A stretch of 38,856 nucleotides of DNA from a bacterium (GTDB lineage Bacteria; Vulcanimicrobiota; Vulcanimicrobiia; Vulcanimicrobiales; Vulcanimicrobiaceae). The notes below the pieces were generated by a model that was not told the origin of the DNA, did not search any database, and saw nothing but the letters and a program-made list of their open reading frames with translations. This document shows positions 1 to 8,771 of this stretch, in pieces. The stretch is taken from the NCBI GenBank assembly GCA_021807065.1, contig JAKAPO010000001.1:1-38856 (forward strand), in the 5' to 3' direction. Position 1 is the first letter of the stretch. Each line of letters opens with the position of its first letter. Made by a program: the position numbers and the translations under genes.

Positions 1-1355
1 TCTGTTACGAAAACGGCGGCATTAGCAAAGACGGGAGGACGATTACCGTGCACTTGCGTCATGGCGTCAAGTGGTCCGACGGCTACCCGCTTACCGCCGC
101 CGATTGGCTCTTCACCTACCATGCCGTGATGAATCCGGCAAACAACACCAAGACGAACTACGGCTGGGATATGATCCAGTCGGCAAGCGCACCGAATCCG
201 TACACCATCGTCATCCATCTCCAGAAGCCGACCGTCCAAGGGATAGAGATCCTCACGATGGGCGGTGCTGCGTATCCGCCGCTGCCGGCGCACCTGCTCG
301 CCAAGTATCCCAACATCAACAACGTGCCGTTCAACGCGCATCCGATCTCGAGCGGCCCGTACATTCTCAAAGAGTGGCGCCGCGGCGATCGGCTCGTCTT
401 CGTACCAAATGCGCTCTACTTCCGCGGAAAGCCGAAACTCAAAGAGATCATCTGGCGCGTCATCCCCGATCCCAACAGCATTTTGAGCGAGCTGGCCACG
501 CACGAGATCGACGTCTACCCCGCCGTCAACGAAGACGAAGTCGCTCAACTCTCGTCGATTTCCGGTCTTCGCGTCGCGAAGCGCCTCGTCGCATGGTGGC
601 AGCATCTCGGGATCAACACGAGCCGACCGCAGCTTTCCGATTCACGCGTCCGCCAAGCGATCGCAGACGGCGTGGATTGGACGCGCATCATCGACACCGT
701 CTACCACGGCTACGGGACGCCTGCGGTTTCGGATATCTTCCCCCAATCGTGGGCGGCGCCGCATCTGGCACCCTATCACTACGACCCAGCCGAGGCGGCA
801 CGACTCCTGGCACAGGCCGGGTGGAAGATGGGCAGCGACGGCGTGTTGCACAAGGGACCGCTTGCGATGGCTCTCACGCTCGTCGCCGGGGCGGAAGACA
901 ACGAGAACGAGGAATCCGAGGTCATGATCCAGTCGATGCTCAAAACCCTGGGCTTCAAGATCGAGATCAAGAATTTCCCGCGCAACTATTTGTTCGCACA
1001 AGACGGCCCGATCTACTCGGGAAAGTACGATCTCGAATGGTCGCTCGAAACCAACGGTCCGGATCCCGACGATTCCGGCTCCTGGGACGGGCAGTTCATC
1101 CCGCCGCACGGGGCAAATACCGCATGGCTGAACGATCCGACTGTTAATAGGCTCACCGAAGCAGCGGCCAGCACGTTCGACCAAAGTACGCGTAAACGGC
1201 TCTATCAAGCCGAAGCGGAACGGCTGCGCCAGCTCAACCCAAATATCTTCGTTTTCTGGTGGGAGGAGTATTACGGCATCAACACCGACGTGAAGGGTTA
1301 CGTCCCATCGGCGTTCATCGCGGATGAATGGAATGCGTGGCAGTGGTCGATCTAG
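1..1355 (+). CDS. ABC transporter substrate-binding protein, family 5 (peptide/nickel, DppA/OppA-like), 5' end cut by window
   Basis: The reading frame is open from the window edge (..ISKDGRTITVHLRHGVKWSDG..), so the track ATG/GTG at 48 is internal. HGVKWSDG, YILKEWRRGDRLVFVPN and the overall length pattern are typical of solute-binding protein family 5. Confidence 0.85.
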   Translation, partial: CYENGGISKDGRTITVHLRHGVKWSDGYPLTAADWLFTYHAVMNPANNTKTNYGWDMIQSASAPNPYTIVIHLQKPTVQGIEILTMGGAAYPPLPAHLLAKYPNINNVPFNAHPISSGPYILKEWRRGDRLVFVPNALYFRGKPKLKEIIWRVIPDPNSILSELATHEIDVYPAVNEDEVAQLSSISGLRVAKRLVAWWQHLGINTSRPQLSDSRVRQAIADGVDWTRIIDTVYHGYGTPAVSDIFPQSWAAPHLAPYHYDPAEAARLLAQAGWKMGSDGVLHKGPLAMALTLVAGAEDNENEESEVMIQSMLKTLGFKIEIKNFPRNYLFAQDGPIYSGKYDLEWSLETNGPDPDDSGSWDGQFIPPHGANTAWLNDPTVNRLTEAAASTFDQSTRKRLYQAEAERLRQLNPNIFVFWWEEYYGINTDVKGYVPSAFIADEWNAWQWSI

Positions 1356-2052
1356 GAGACGCGAGCCCGACACGCTCGATCTAATCCGGCGACGGATCGT
1401 CGCATGCCGCCGGTGTCCGGAGCTACGTGCGTACTGCGCGAAGATCGCCCGCGAGAAGAAGCGCAGCCACGCTGCCGAGGAGTACTGGGGCAAACCGGTG
1501 CCGGCATTCGGCGACTCGCGCGCGCGGTTGGTGCTGGTCGGCCTCGCACCCGGAGCGCACGGAAGTAATCGCACCGGTAGGATGTTCACCGGCGACGCAT
1601 CGGGCGAGTTCCTCTACGCTGCGCTCCATCGCGCCGGCTTCGCCTCGCAGTCGAATGCGACCCACGATCGCGACGGAATGACGCTGCGCGACTGCACGAT
1701 TACCGCTGCGTTGCGCTGCGCGCCGCCACAGAACAAGCCGACGCCGCAAGAACTGCGCCGCTGTTTCCCGTTCCTGCTCGATGAACTCGACGCGCTCGTT
1801 CGCTTACGAGTCGCGGTCGGGCTCGGGAAGATCGGGTATGATGCGCTCGTCCGCGCCATGCGCGACCGTGGATTCTCGTTCGAGGAACGGCCGCAATTCG
1901 GTCATGGCAGCGAAATGACGGCGCGCAAGGACGGCCGCGTCGTGCACCTTCTCGGCTGCTACCATCCCAGCCGCCAAAATACCAACACCGGGAAGCTCAC
2001 CGCCGCGATGTTCGACGCGGTGCTGCGGCGTGCCCGGACGCTCTTGCGCTAA
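1324..2052 (+). CDS. Uracil-DNA glycosylase, family 4/5 (UdgB-like)
   Basis: CRRCPEL near the N-terminus, GLAPGAHGSNRTGRMFTGD and C-terminal YHPSRQNTNTGKLT motifs. The start is ATG 1324 or 1333, and either overlaps the end of the preceding gene. Confidence 0.8.
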   Translation: MNGMRGSGRSRRREPDTLDLIRRRIVACRRCPELRAYCAKIAREKKRSHAAEEYWGKPVPAFGDSRARLVLVGLAPGAHGSNRTGRMFTGDASGEFLYAALHRAGFASQSNATHDRDGMTLRDCTITAALRCAPPQNKPTPQELRRCFPFLLDELDALVRLRVAVGLGKIGYDALVRAMRDRGFSFEERPQFGHGSEMTARKDGRVVHLLGCYHPSRQNTNTGKLTAAMFDAVLRRARTLLR

Positions 2053-3794
2053 GGTTTGACCTGGACGTGAAGTTCGCGCAGCGCCTCTGCCGGTGCGGGT
2101 GAGGGCGCATCCATCATGAGATCGCGTGCCGTCTGCGTCTTCGGGAACGCGATCACCTCGCGTAAGTTATCTTCGCCGCACGCCAGCATCACGATGCGAT
2201 CGATACCGAGCGCCATTCCGCCGTGCGGCGGCGCGCCGTAATCGAGCGCACGCACGAAGAAGCCGAACTCCGCATCGATCTGTTCGGGCGTCATGCCGAG
2301 CATGTCGAAGATGCGCCGCTGCAGCTCCGGTTGATGAATGCGTATCGATCCCGAGCCGAGTTCGTAACCGTTGAGCACCATGTCGTAGTGCTGCGCGCGC
2401 ATCCGTAGGGGATCGCTCTCGATGAGGTCCCACTCTCCTTCCGCGGGCGACGTGAAGGGATGGTGTGCCGGTATCGGCTTTCCCGTCTCGGCATTGATCT
2501 CGAGGTACGGGAACTCCGTGATCCAGCAGAATCGAAAGTCACCCTCGCGCTGCAAGCCGCAGCGTCGCCCGACTTCGAGCCGCATCCTGCCCGCAACCGC
2601 AAAGGCGGCGTCACGCGCATCGGCAAAGAGCAAGATCGCATCGCCTCGCTCGGCCTGCATGCGCAGCGCCAGTTCGTTTGCGTGGCGCTCTTCGATGAAG
2701 CGCTGCACGGAAGATTTCACGCCGTCCGCACCGAGTGCGATCCAGACCATCCCTTTGGCGCCCAAGAGTTTCGCCTCTTCCACGAGCGCGTCGAACTCGC
2801 GGCGCGAGAGCGCCGCACCGCCGGGATAGCGCACCGCCACGATCTCTCCGCCGCTCTCGATAGTCGATTTGAACACCATGAACTCGGTGGGCGTGAAAAC
2901 GTCGCTCGCCGGAACGAGCTCCAGTCCGAAACGCAAGTCGGGTTTGTCGGTACCGTAGCGAGACATCGCGTCGGCATAACTCATGCGTGGGAAAGGCGGC
3001 AGCTCGATATCGAGTACGCGCAGCCAAATGGACCGCATGCATGATTCCATGATTTCGAGCACGTCCTCTTGCGTGCAGAAGCTCATCTCGACGTCAAGCT
3101 GGGTGAATTCCGGCTGCCGATCGGCACGCAGGTCTTCGTCCCGCAGACAGCGCGCGATCTGCATATACCGCCCGAACCCGGAGATCATCAAGATCTGCTT
3201 GAGCAGCTGCGGCGACTGAGGCAGTGCGTAGAAGCTTCCCGGATGAAGCCGGCTCGGGACGAGATAGTCGCGTGCTCCTTCGGGAGTACCTTTGATCAGG
3301 AGCGGCGTCTCGATCTCCAGGAAATCGCGCTCGTCGAAGAAGTCGCGTATCGCTTTGATGATCCGGTGGCGGACGGTCATGTTGCGTTGCATCCGCGGGC
3401 GCCGCAAATCCAGGTAGCGGTACTCCAAGCGGAGATTCTCGTCGGCATTTTCGTCGACGTTGACCTGGAAGGGCGGTACGAGCGACCGGTTCAGTATCTC
3501 CAGCTGCTCCGCGGCGAGCTCGATTTCACCGGTTGCCAGCTTCGCGTTCTCGGTACCGGAAGGACGGTTGCGTACGCGGCCGCAGACGCGAACGACGTCC
3601 TCGCTGCGCAGATGCTCGGCGTCGGCAAACGCCGGATACTGCGGATCGAAGACGATCTGCGTGATGCCGTCGCGGTCACGCAGATCGACGAAGATCAAGC
3701 CGCCGTGATCGCGGCGGCGATGGATCCAACCGTCGAGCTCGACGTTCGTTCCACTGTCGGTAATTCGCAGCGCACCACACGTTCGGCGCGTCAT
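2049..3794 (-). CDS. aspS: Aspartyl-tRNA synthetase
   Basis: The track ORF (to 4247) is over-extended. The conserved N-terminus MTRRTCGALRITDSG..VELDGWIHRRRDHGGLIFVDLRDRDG begins at ATG 3794. Class II motifs are present: RDEDLRADRQPEFTQLD and PPHGGMALGIDR. ATGA overlap with the stop of the upstream GT2 gene. Confidence 0.95.
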   Translation of the reverse strand: MTRRTCGALRITDSGTNVELDGWIHRRRDHGGLIFVDLRDRDGITQIVFDPQYPAFADAEHLRSEDVVRVCGRVRNRPSGTENAKLATGEIELAAEQLEILNRSLVPPFQVNVDENADENLRLEYRYLDLRRPRMQRNMTVRHRIIKAIRDFFDERDFLEIETPLLIKGTPEGARDYLVPSRLHPGSFYALPQSPQLLKQILMISGFGRYMQIARCLRDEDLRADRQPEFTQLDVEMSFCTQEDVLEIMESCMRSIWLRVLDIELPPFPRMSYADAMSRYGTDKPDLRFGLELVPASDVFTPTEFMVFKSTIESGGEIVAVRYPGGAALSRREFDALVEEAKLLGAKGMVWIALGADGVKSSVQRFIEERHANELALRMQAERGDAILLFADARDAAFAVAGRMRLEVGRRCGLQREGDFRFCWITEFPYLEINAETGKPIPAHHPFTSPAEGEWDLIESDPLRMRAQHYDMVLNGYELGSGSIRIHQPELQRRIFDMLGMTPEQIDAEFGFFVRALDYGAPPHGGMALGIDRIVMLACGEDNLREVIAFPKTQTARDLMMDAPSPAPAEALRELHVQVKP

Positions 3795-4699
3795 CGGTGC
3801 GCCGTACCACCCGAGGCCATCGCTTCTTTGATGCCTCCGACGTAGTAATACTGCTCGATCACGCGGCGCGCCAAGCCGCTCTTCGCCGCCTTTGCATCGA
3901 GGTAACCGAGAACCGGTGGAAGCCCGGTCAGAACGGAGTGCAGACCGCGCCAAAGCGGCGTCATGCCGAGATTGAGCGCTACCGAAAGTTCGGGATGTTT
4001 GCGATAGAAGCGCACGGCTGAGCGTCCGGCGAGCCGCATTTTCTCGCGCTGGTCTTCCTGCGAAAGGTCCTGCCAATGATAGTTGACGGCAAGCGGCTCG
4101 TAAACGATTTCGATTCCCAATTTGCACAACCGGAATCCAAGCTCCAGGTCCTCGTGACCGTATCCGGTGAACGACTCGTCGAAGCCTCCGGCGCGCAGCA
4201 GATCGTCGCGGCTCGCTGACGCGTTGCCCGTGAGAAAGTAGAGCCACGAGAGACGCTTGCGAGCCGCAGGATGCAACGCACCGCGTTCGGAGGGATGATC
4301 GCGCTTGTACAGATAGTCGTCGTAGTCGCGCACCTGCACCTCCCAGCCGACGACGGCGATGCCTCGCCGACTGTCATGGCGGTCGAGGTGGCGGCGAAGC
4401 AGATCCGGCGAGGCGATGATATCCGCATCGTTGAACAGCACGATGTCGCCGCGGGCGGCCGAGATCCCGGCGTTTCGCGCCATCGCGCGTCCGCTGTACG
4501 CTCCGGACAGGTACCGCACGGTGTCAGTCTCCGCCAAGACGCGCGCGAGGAAATCTGCCGTGCCGTCCTGCGAGTTCGAATCGCAGACCAGCACTTCGTA
4601 AGAGTCGGGCGGTACGTCTTGCTCGAGCAGCGACGGCAGCACGTGCCGCAGCGTTTCGAGGCGATTGTACGTCGGGATGATAACCGAAATCTTAGGCAT
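3791..4699 (-). CDS. Glycosyltransferase family 2
   Basis: N-terminal ISVIIPTYNRLETL...VLVCDSNSQDGT and a later DADI (DxD-like) motif, typical of a GT-A fold GT2. The start ATG shares one nt with the stop of the upstream GT9 gene (TGATG). Confidence 0.85.
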   Translation of the reverse strand: MPKISVIIPTYNRLETLRHVLPSLLEQDVPPDSYEVLVCDSNSQDGTADFLARVLAETDTVRYLSGAYSGRAMARNAGISAARGDIVLFNDADIIASPDLLRRHLDRHDSRRGIAVVGWEVQVRDYDDYLYKRDHPSERGALHPAARKRLSWLYFLTGNASASRDDLLRAGGFDESFTGYGHEDLELGFRLCKLGIEIVYEPLAVNYHWQDLSQEDQREKMRLAGRSAVRFYRKHPELSVALNLGMTPLWRGLHSVLTGLPPVLGYLDAKAAKSGLARRVIEQYYYVGGIKEAMASGGTAHR

Positions 4700-5658
4700 C
4701 AGGCTTTCCCTAGTAATTCTTGGACACCGCTCACGATCTCGTTTCGAAACGCCGCAAGGCTCCCAGTGTCCTTGGAGGCGGGCTTACGAACGAGCACGCT
4801 CGGCACCTGGTATGGCGCCCACTCTTGAGAGCTGAGCCGGAAGTAACGGTTTTCGAAGGCGACGACCGTGGGCCTGCGCATCGCGCTTGCGACGTGCGTC
4901 GCAGCGGTGTCCACCGTCACGACGCACGATGCGCGCTCGAAGACGGCAGCCCAGGTGAAGAACGGAAGGTGCCCAAGGATCCTGCAGCGCGGCGGGGCTT
5001 CGAGCCTGGCAGCATATTCGACGCTCTCGCGCGGCGTCGTTGCGACGACGGGGCGCCCGAGTGCGACGAGCTCTCGAAGCAGCCGCTGCGTCGAGTCGAT
5101 CGAGCTTCCTTGATCGAACCACCGGCGCCCCAGGTGCAGCACGATCGGATGCTCCGGCAGCGCCTCGATCGCCCTGCGGTCCTCCTCCCGAACGTCGAGC
5201 CGCAAGCGCGTGATGCGCGTCCTAGCCCCGGCCAATGCCACGAGGTCGAGCAGTTGATCGACCTCGTGCCGGATCCGCAGCGCCGGATCGCGTTCGCAGA
5301 GCACGGGATCGGCCTCGGATATCATCAGCGTGTCGACGAACGCGGGCGCTGTCAGTCGTGCGAACCAGCGTCGCGCGTACGTGTAGCCGACGCGCCTCTT
5401 TGCACGGCTCGCCCCAACGATCCGCAGGTCCGTAATGCGTGGTGCCAGCGCAACCGCGATGTCGTAATCGCGGCGGAAGGATCCGTTAAGCGCCACCAGT
5501 TCGTCGATGTCGTCGTTGCGCTCCATGACGACGCGATTGTACTTGCTCGTAACCAGCGTCACGCGGGCACTCGGGAACGATGCGCGGATGCTCGCTATTG
5601 CCGGCGTCGACAAGATGAGATCGCCGATGCGATCGGTTCGCGTGAGCAGGATACGCAC
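4699..5658 (-). CDS. Glycosyltransferase family 9 (heptosyltransferase-like)
   Basis: MRILLTRTDRIGDLILSTPAIASIR N-terminus and VVTVDTAATHVASAMRRPTVV C-terminal motif, characteristic of the ADP-heptose:LPS heptosyltransferase family. Confidence 0.8.
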   Translation of the reverse strand: MRILLTRTDRIGDLILSTPAIASIRASFPSARVTLVTSKYNRVVMERNDDIDELVALNGSFRRDYDIAVALAPRITDLRIVGASRAKRRVGYTYARRWFARLTAPAFVDTLMISEADPVLCERDPALRIRHEVDQLLDLVALAGARTRITRLRLDVREEDRRAIEALPEHPIVLHLGRRWFDQGSSIDSTQRLLRELVALGRPVVATTPRESVEYAARLEAPPRCRILGHLPFFTWAAVFERASCVVTVDTAATHVASAMRRPTVVAFENRYFRLSSQEWAPYQVPSVLVRKPASKDTGSLAAFRNEIVSGVQELLGKA

Positions 5659-5664
5659 GTCGCG

Positions 5665-6549
5665 TTACTTGCCCAGTTCCTCGAAATACGCCTCGGTCGC
5701 CAGCCGCCGCGCCGCGCGTTCCTGATGCTTGGAAAGCACGGCCTCGGGTTTCACGTCCGCGAGCACCGCACGACAGTGGGCAGCCACTCCGCTGCGGGCG
5801 ATGGCGCCGTGCAACGCTCTCGCCGCTGCGTAGTTGCCGGTGGCGAGGTAGGCGCGCCAGTGCGGATGGAGGCGCACTAGCTCGAGCGCGGTGCGCGCCT
5901 GGGCGCGCGCCTGGCGCTGCATGGCATCGAGGCTCGCACCGCGTAGAGGCGGCTTGTAGTGGTAGACGAGCGCGCGCCGATTGAACGTTGCGCGCACGCG
6001 GGCGGCGCGTAACCGTAAGCCGACGTCGATGTCTTCCCAGCCATACTCCGCAAACGTTTCGTCGAAGCCGCCGACATTACGCAGCGTCTCAAGCGGTACC
6101 GAGACGTTGGTAGTCCAAAAGTAGTTCCCACTGTAATTGCGTATCGACCATACCGGAGGCGGCAGGTCGTCGAAGGATTCGACGTTGATTGCTCCGCCGC
6201 GCACGATGTTACTGGGATACCGCGTGCCGGAACGGAGGTGCTCCTCGACGAAGTTCGGTAACGGAAGAACGTCATCGTCGATGAAAATGATGCGCTCTCC
6301 CGTTGCGGCTGCTATGCCAGTGTTGCGCGCCTTCGCTAGGCCGCCGTTGGGCCGGTCGATCGCGACGAACTTGCATGGCGCAAGCGGCCGCATGCGCTCG
6401 ACGAGCGCACGCGTATCGTCGGTCGAGCCGTCGTTTACGAGGACGACTTCATACGCGTCGCCGTCAACGGTCTGCTCGAAACACGCGTCGAGCACGCGTT
6501 CGAGCAAAGCGCGACGGTTGTAGGTGCAGAGCTGAATCGTCGCCTTCAT
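5665..6549 (-). CDS. Glycosyltransferase family 2
   Basis: TIQLCTYNRRALLERVL...VVLVNDGSTDDT and IIFIDDDV (DxD) motifs. Confidence 0.85.
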   Translation of the reverse strand: MKATIQLCTYNRRALLERVLDACFEQTVDGDAYEVVLVNDGSTDDTRALVERMRPLAPCKFVAIDRPNGGLAKARNTGIAAATGERIIFIDDDVLPLPNFVEEHLRSGTRYPSNIVRGGAINVESFDDLPPPVWSIRNYSGNYFWTTNVSVPLETLRNVGGFDETFAEYGWEDIDVGLRLRAARVRATFNRRALVYHYKPPLRGASLDAMQRQARAQARTALELVRLHPHWRAYLATGNYAAARALHGAIARSGVAAHCRAVLADVKPEAVLSKHQERAARRLATEAYFEELGK

Positions 6550-6552
6550 CTC

Positions 6553-8040
6553 TTATCGTAACCCGCGCGGCCGAACGGCTACCTCTACGCGATAGCTGAG
6601 CTCCTCCACGGCGATGGCGAGCAGCGCTGCCGGTACAGCACCAAGCAGGATCGTGCGTGGATCGTTGAGCGTCAGACCGGTAAGGATGAAGTCGCCGAGG
6701 CCTCCGGCACCGACGAACGCCGCAATCGTTGCCGTGCCCACGGCAATCACCGCGGACGTCCGCACGCCGGCGAGAAGAAACGGCAGCGCCAGCGGCAGCT
6801 GCACCCACGCCAGGATCTGACGCGGTGAAAGCCCGACGCCCTCGGCGGCATCGAGCACGTCGGCCGGTATCTGTCGCAGCCCCGACATCGTGTTCGCGAC
6901 GATTGGGAGAAGCCCGTAGAGCACGAGCGCAACGAGGGCCGGCACGATGCCGATTCCGAAAAGCGGAATCATCAGCGCAAGCAGCGCAAGGCTGGGAATC
7001 GTCTGCAACGTGCCGACGACCTTCATGATCGCGCGCCCCGCTCTCGGACGCAGCGCCGCAGCCACGCCCAGCGGCACCCCGACGAGAACGGAGACGAGCA
7101 CCGTAATGAGCGTTAGTTCGATATGGCGCACGAGCGCTCGCAATACCAGGGCGACGGTCCGATCGGCGACGTGGGTTCGATGGATACCGAATCGCGAGGC
7201 GAGGAATCGCGCGGCAACCTCCGGCGGCGAACGCCGATCGATGTCGACGCTCGCGTTCATCGCCGTCATCGTACGTTCGTCGATCGTCCCTCTCAGCTCG
7301 CGTAGGAGCGGTACGAGCAACGGCGCTGAGCGTATCGTTTCGTCACGCACCAGGTACAGCGCGCGATATTGCGGGAAGAAGTGGCGATCGTCCGCGAGCT
7401 TCACGAAACCGTAGCGCAGCAGCTGCCCATCGGTCGAGTACGCGTCGGTTACCGCAATGGCTCCGCTCGCCAGGGCCTGATATGCCAAGCTTTTCTCGAC
7501 GTCCACCGCGTTCACGGTGCCCAGCCCATAGACGCGCTCGAGCCCCGGCAGGCCGTCGCTGCGATGCATGAACTCCGGCGTCACGCCCCAGCGCAGCTCG
7601 CGGTGCGCGGCAAGATCCGAGATCGTTCGTATGTGCAATCGCGCCGCGTTCTGCGCCTTCATCGCCAACACGTACGTATTGTTGAATCCCAGTTCGGGCG
7701 AGACGAAGATGTGAAAGCGACGCTCCATCTCACGACGTATCTGCGCGTACGATAAGGTTTGATGGAGGATGGCGGCATCGATGGTTCCGGTGTATTCCGG
7801 GTAGACGTCGACCGCGCCGGAACGCAGTGCGGAAAAGACGAGTAGCGTACCGCCGAGGTTTGTCTTGCGTTCCACGAGGTACGGCGTGCGCGCCTCGACG
7901 AGCTGCGCGAGGATCTCGCCGAGGATCTGGCCCTCCGTGTCCTGCTTGGAGGCGATGACGATCGTCGGCGCGGAAAGTTTGGTGCAGCTTGCCAGAAATC
8001 CACAAGCGCAGGCCGCAACAAGCAGCCTCTTGAAACTCAC
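6553..8040 (-). CDS. Fused osmoprotectant (glycine betaine/choline/carnitine-type) substrate-binding domain + ABC permease
   Basis: The track ORF is over-extended. GTG 8040 forms a GTGA overlap with the ATPase stop. The N-terminus VSFKRLLVAACACGFLASC is lipobox-like. An OpuAC/OpuBC-like binding domain follows (..VDVYPEYTGT..), then a C-terminal membrane domain of about 200 aa with the loop DAAEGVGLSPRQILAWVQLPLALP. Confidence 0.8.
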   Translation of the reverse strand: MSFKRLLVAACACGFLASCTKLSAPTIVIASKQDTEGQILGEILAQLVEARTPYLVERKTNLGGTLLVFSALRSGAVDVYPEYTGTIDAAILHQTLSYAQIRREMERRFHIFVSPELGFNNTYVLAMKAQNAARLHIRTISDLAAHRELRWGVTPEFMHRSDGLPGLERVYGLGTVNAVDVEKSLAYQALASGAIAVTDAYSTDGQLLRYGFVKLADDRHFFPQYRALYLVRDETIRSAPLLVPLLRELRGTIDERTMTAMNASVDIDRRSPPEVAARFLASRFGIHRTHVADRTVALVLRALVRHIELTLITVLVSVLVGVPLGVAAALRPRAGRAIMKVVGTLQTIPSLALLALMIPLFGIGIVPALVALVLYGLLPIVANTMSGLRQIPADVLDAAEGVGLSPRQILAWVQLPLALPFLLAGVRTSAVIAVGTATIAAFVGAGGLGDFILTGLTLNDPRTILLGAVPAALLAIAVEELSYRVEVAVRPRGLR

Positions 8041-8771
8041 CTTCGTTCCATCCTGCGCCGCAGAAATCGCGCGATATACTCGGTCGCCGGGTGCGATCGT
8101 AGACCAGCCGGCGTATCGATCTGCACGAGGCGACCATCGTCGAACACTGCGACGCGATCCCCGAGAAAAAGCGCCTCCTCGACGTCGTGTGTCACGAAGA
8201 CGATCGTCTTGTTCAACTCGCGGTGCAATCGCGCAAACTCGTCCTGCAAATCCATGCGCGCGAGCGGATCGAGCGCGGCGAACGGTTCGTCGAGCAGCAT
8301 GATCGGCGGATCTGCGTAGAGCGCGCGAGCGATGCCGACGCGTTGCCGTTGCCCGCCCGAAAGCTCGTCGGGGTACCGTTCGCCCAACGCCTCGAGCCCG
8401 ACCGTTGAAAGGATCTCCGAAGCGCGCGCCTTTCGCCGCTCGAAGCTGTCGCCTGCGGCGCGCCCCACGATCGTGGCGTTCTGCGCGACCGTCATGTGCG
8501 CAAAGAGGCCGCCGCTCTGGATGACGTAGCCGATCCGCCGGCGCAGCGCGGTGACGTCTGTGCCGCCGACGCGCGTGCCGTGGACGAAAACCGCTCCCGC
8601 GTCCGGCAGCACGAGGGCGTTGATGCACCGGAGCAACGTCGTTTTGCCGCTGCCGCTGCGCCCGATGACGACGAGCAGCTCGCCATTTTTCACGTCCAAA
8701 GTCACGTCCCGCAAGGCGACGTGCGACGCGAAACTTCTTCCCACGTTCTCGAAGCGAATTGCGACGCTCAC
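8037..8771 (-). CDS. ABC transporter ATP-binding protein (osmoprotectant-type, no CBS tail)
   Basis: Walker A GRSGSGKTT, signature LSGGQRQRV, Walker B IMLLDEPF. The likely start GTG 8771 (VSVAIRFENV) forms a GTGA overlap with the upstream GT9 stop. The protein is only about 244 aa, so it lacks the tandem CBS domains of OpuCA/ProV-type ATPases. Confidence 0.85.
   Translation of the reverse strand: MSVAIRFENVGRSFASHVALRDVTLDVKNGELLVVIGRSGSGKTTLLRCINALVLPDAGAVFVHGTRVGGTDVTALRRRIGYVIQSGGLFAHMTVAQNATIVGRAAGDSFERRKARASEILSTVGLEALGERYPDELSGGQRQRVGIARALYADPPIMLLDEPFAALDPLARMDLQDEFARLHRELNKTIVFVTHDVEEALFLGDRVAVFDDGRLVQIDTPAGLRSHPATEYIARFLRRRMERR

Noticed and set aside
449-463. GTCATCCCCGATCCC, which resembles the REP-like GTCATCCCGAGCGC motif. 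A similar GTCATCCCAGG occurs near 35946.
   Set aside because: The match is limited to 8-9 nt inside well-supported coding sequence (..WRVIPDPNS..). The second unit and the hairpin are absent, so it is most likely chance.
3795-4247. The 151-aa N-terminal extension of the aspS ORF in the track.
   Set aside because: The extension is Arg/Ser-rich and overlaps the well-supported GT2 gene in another frame. The conserved AspRS N-terminus starts at ATG 3794, with an ATGA overlap.
4720-5880. Long antisense ORFs in several places: 4720..5880, 642..1589, 3069..3845, 9692..10391, 11087..11905, 12616..13347, 14377..15201, 15304..16191, 24650..25522, 26144..26839, 33311..34291 and 38199..38831.
   Set aside because: Each one overlaps a motif-supported gene on the opposite strand. 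Each has the Arg/Pro/Ala-rich composition typical of spurious frames in high-GC DNA.
8041-8628. The upstream extension of the SBD-permease ORF. Similar extensions occur at 8772..8855, 9794..9970, 11870..12271, 13351..13416 and 32844..32975.
   Set aside because: These extensions overlap the preceding gene's coding sequence and are Arg-rich nonsense. Sensible starts with GTGA/ATGA coupling or TM/lipobox N-termini exist downstream.
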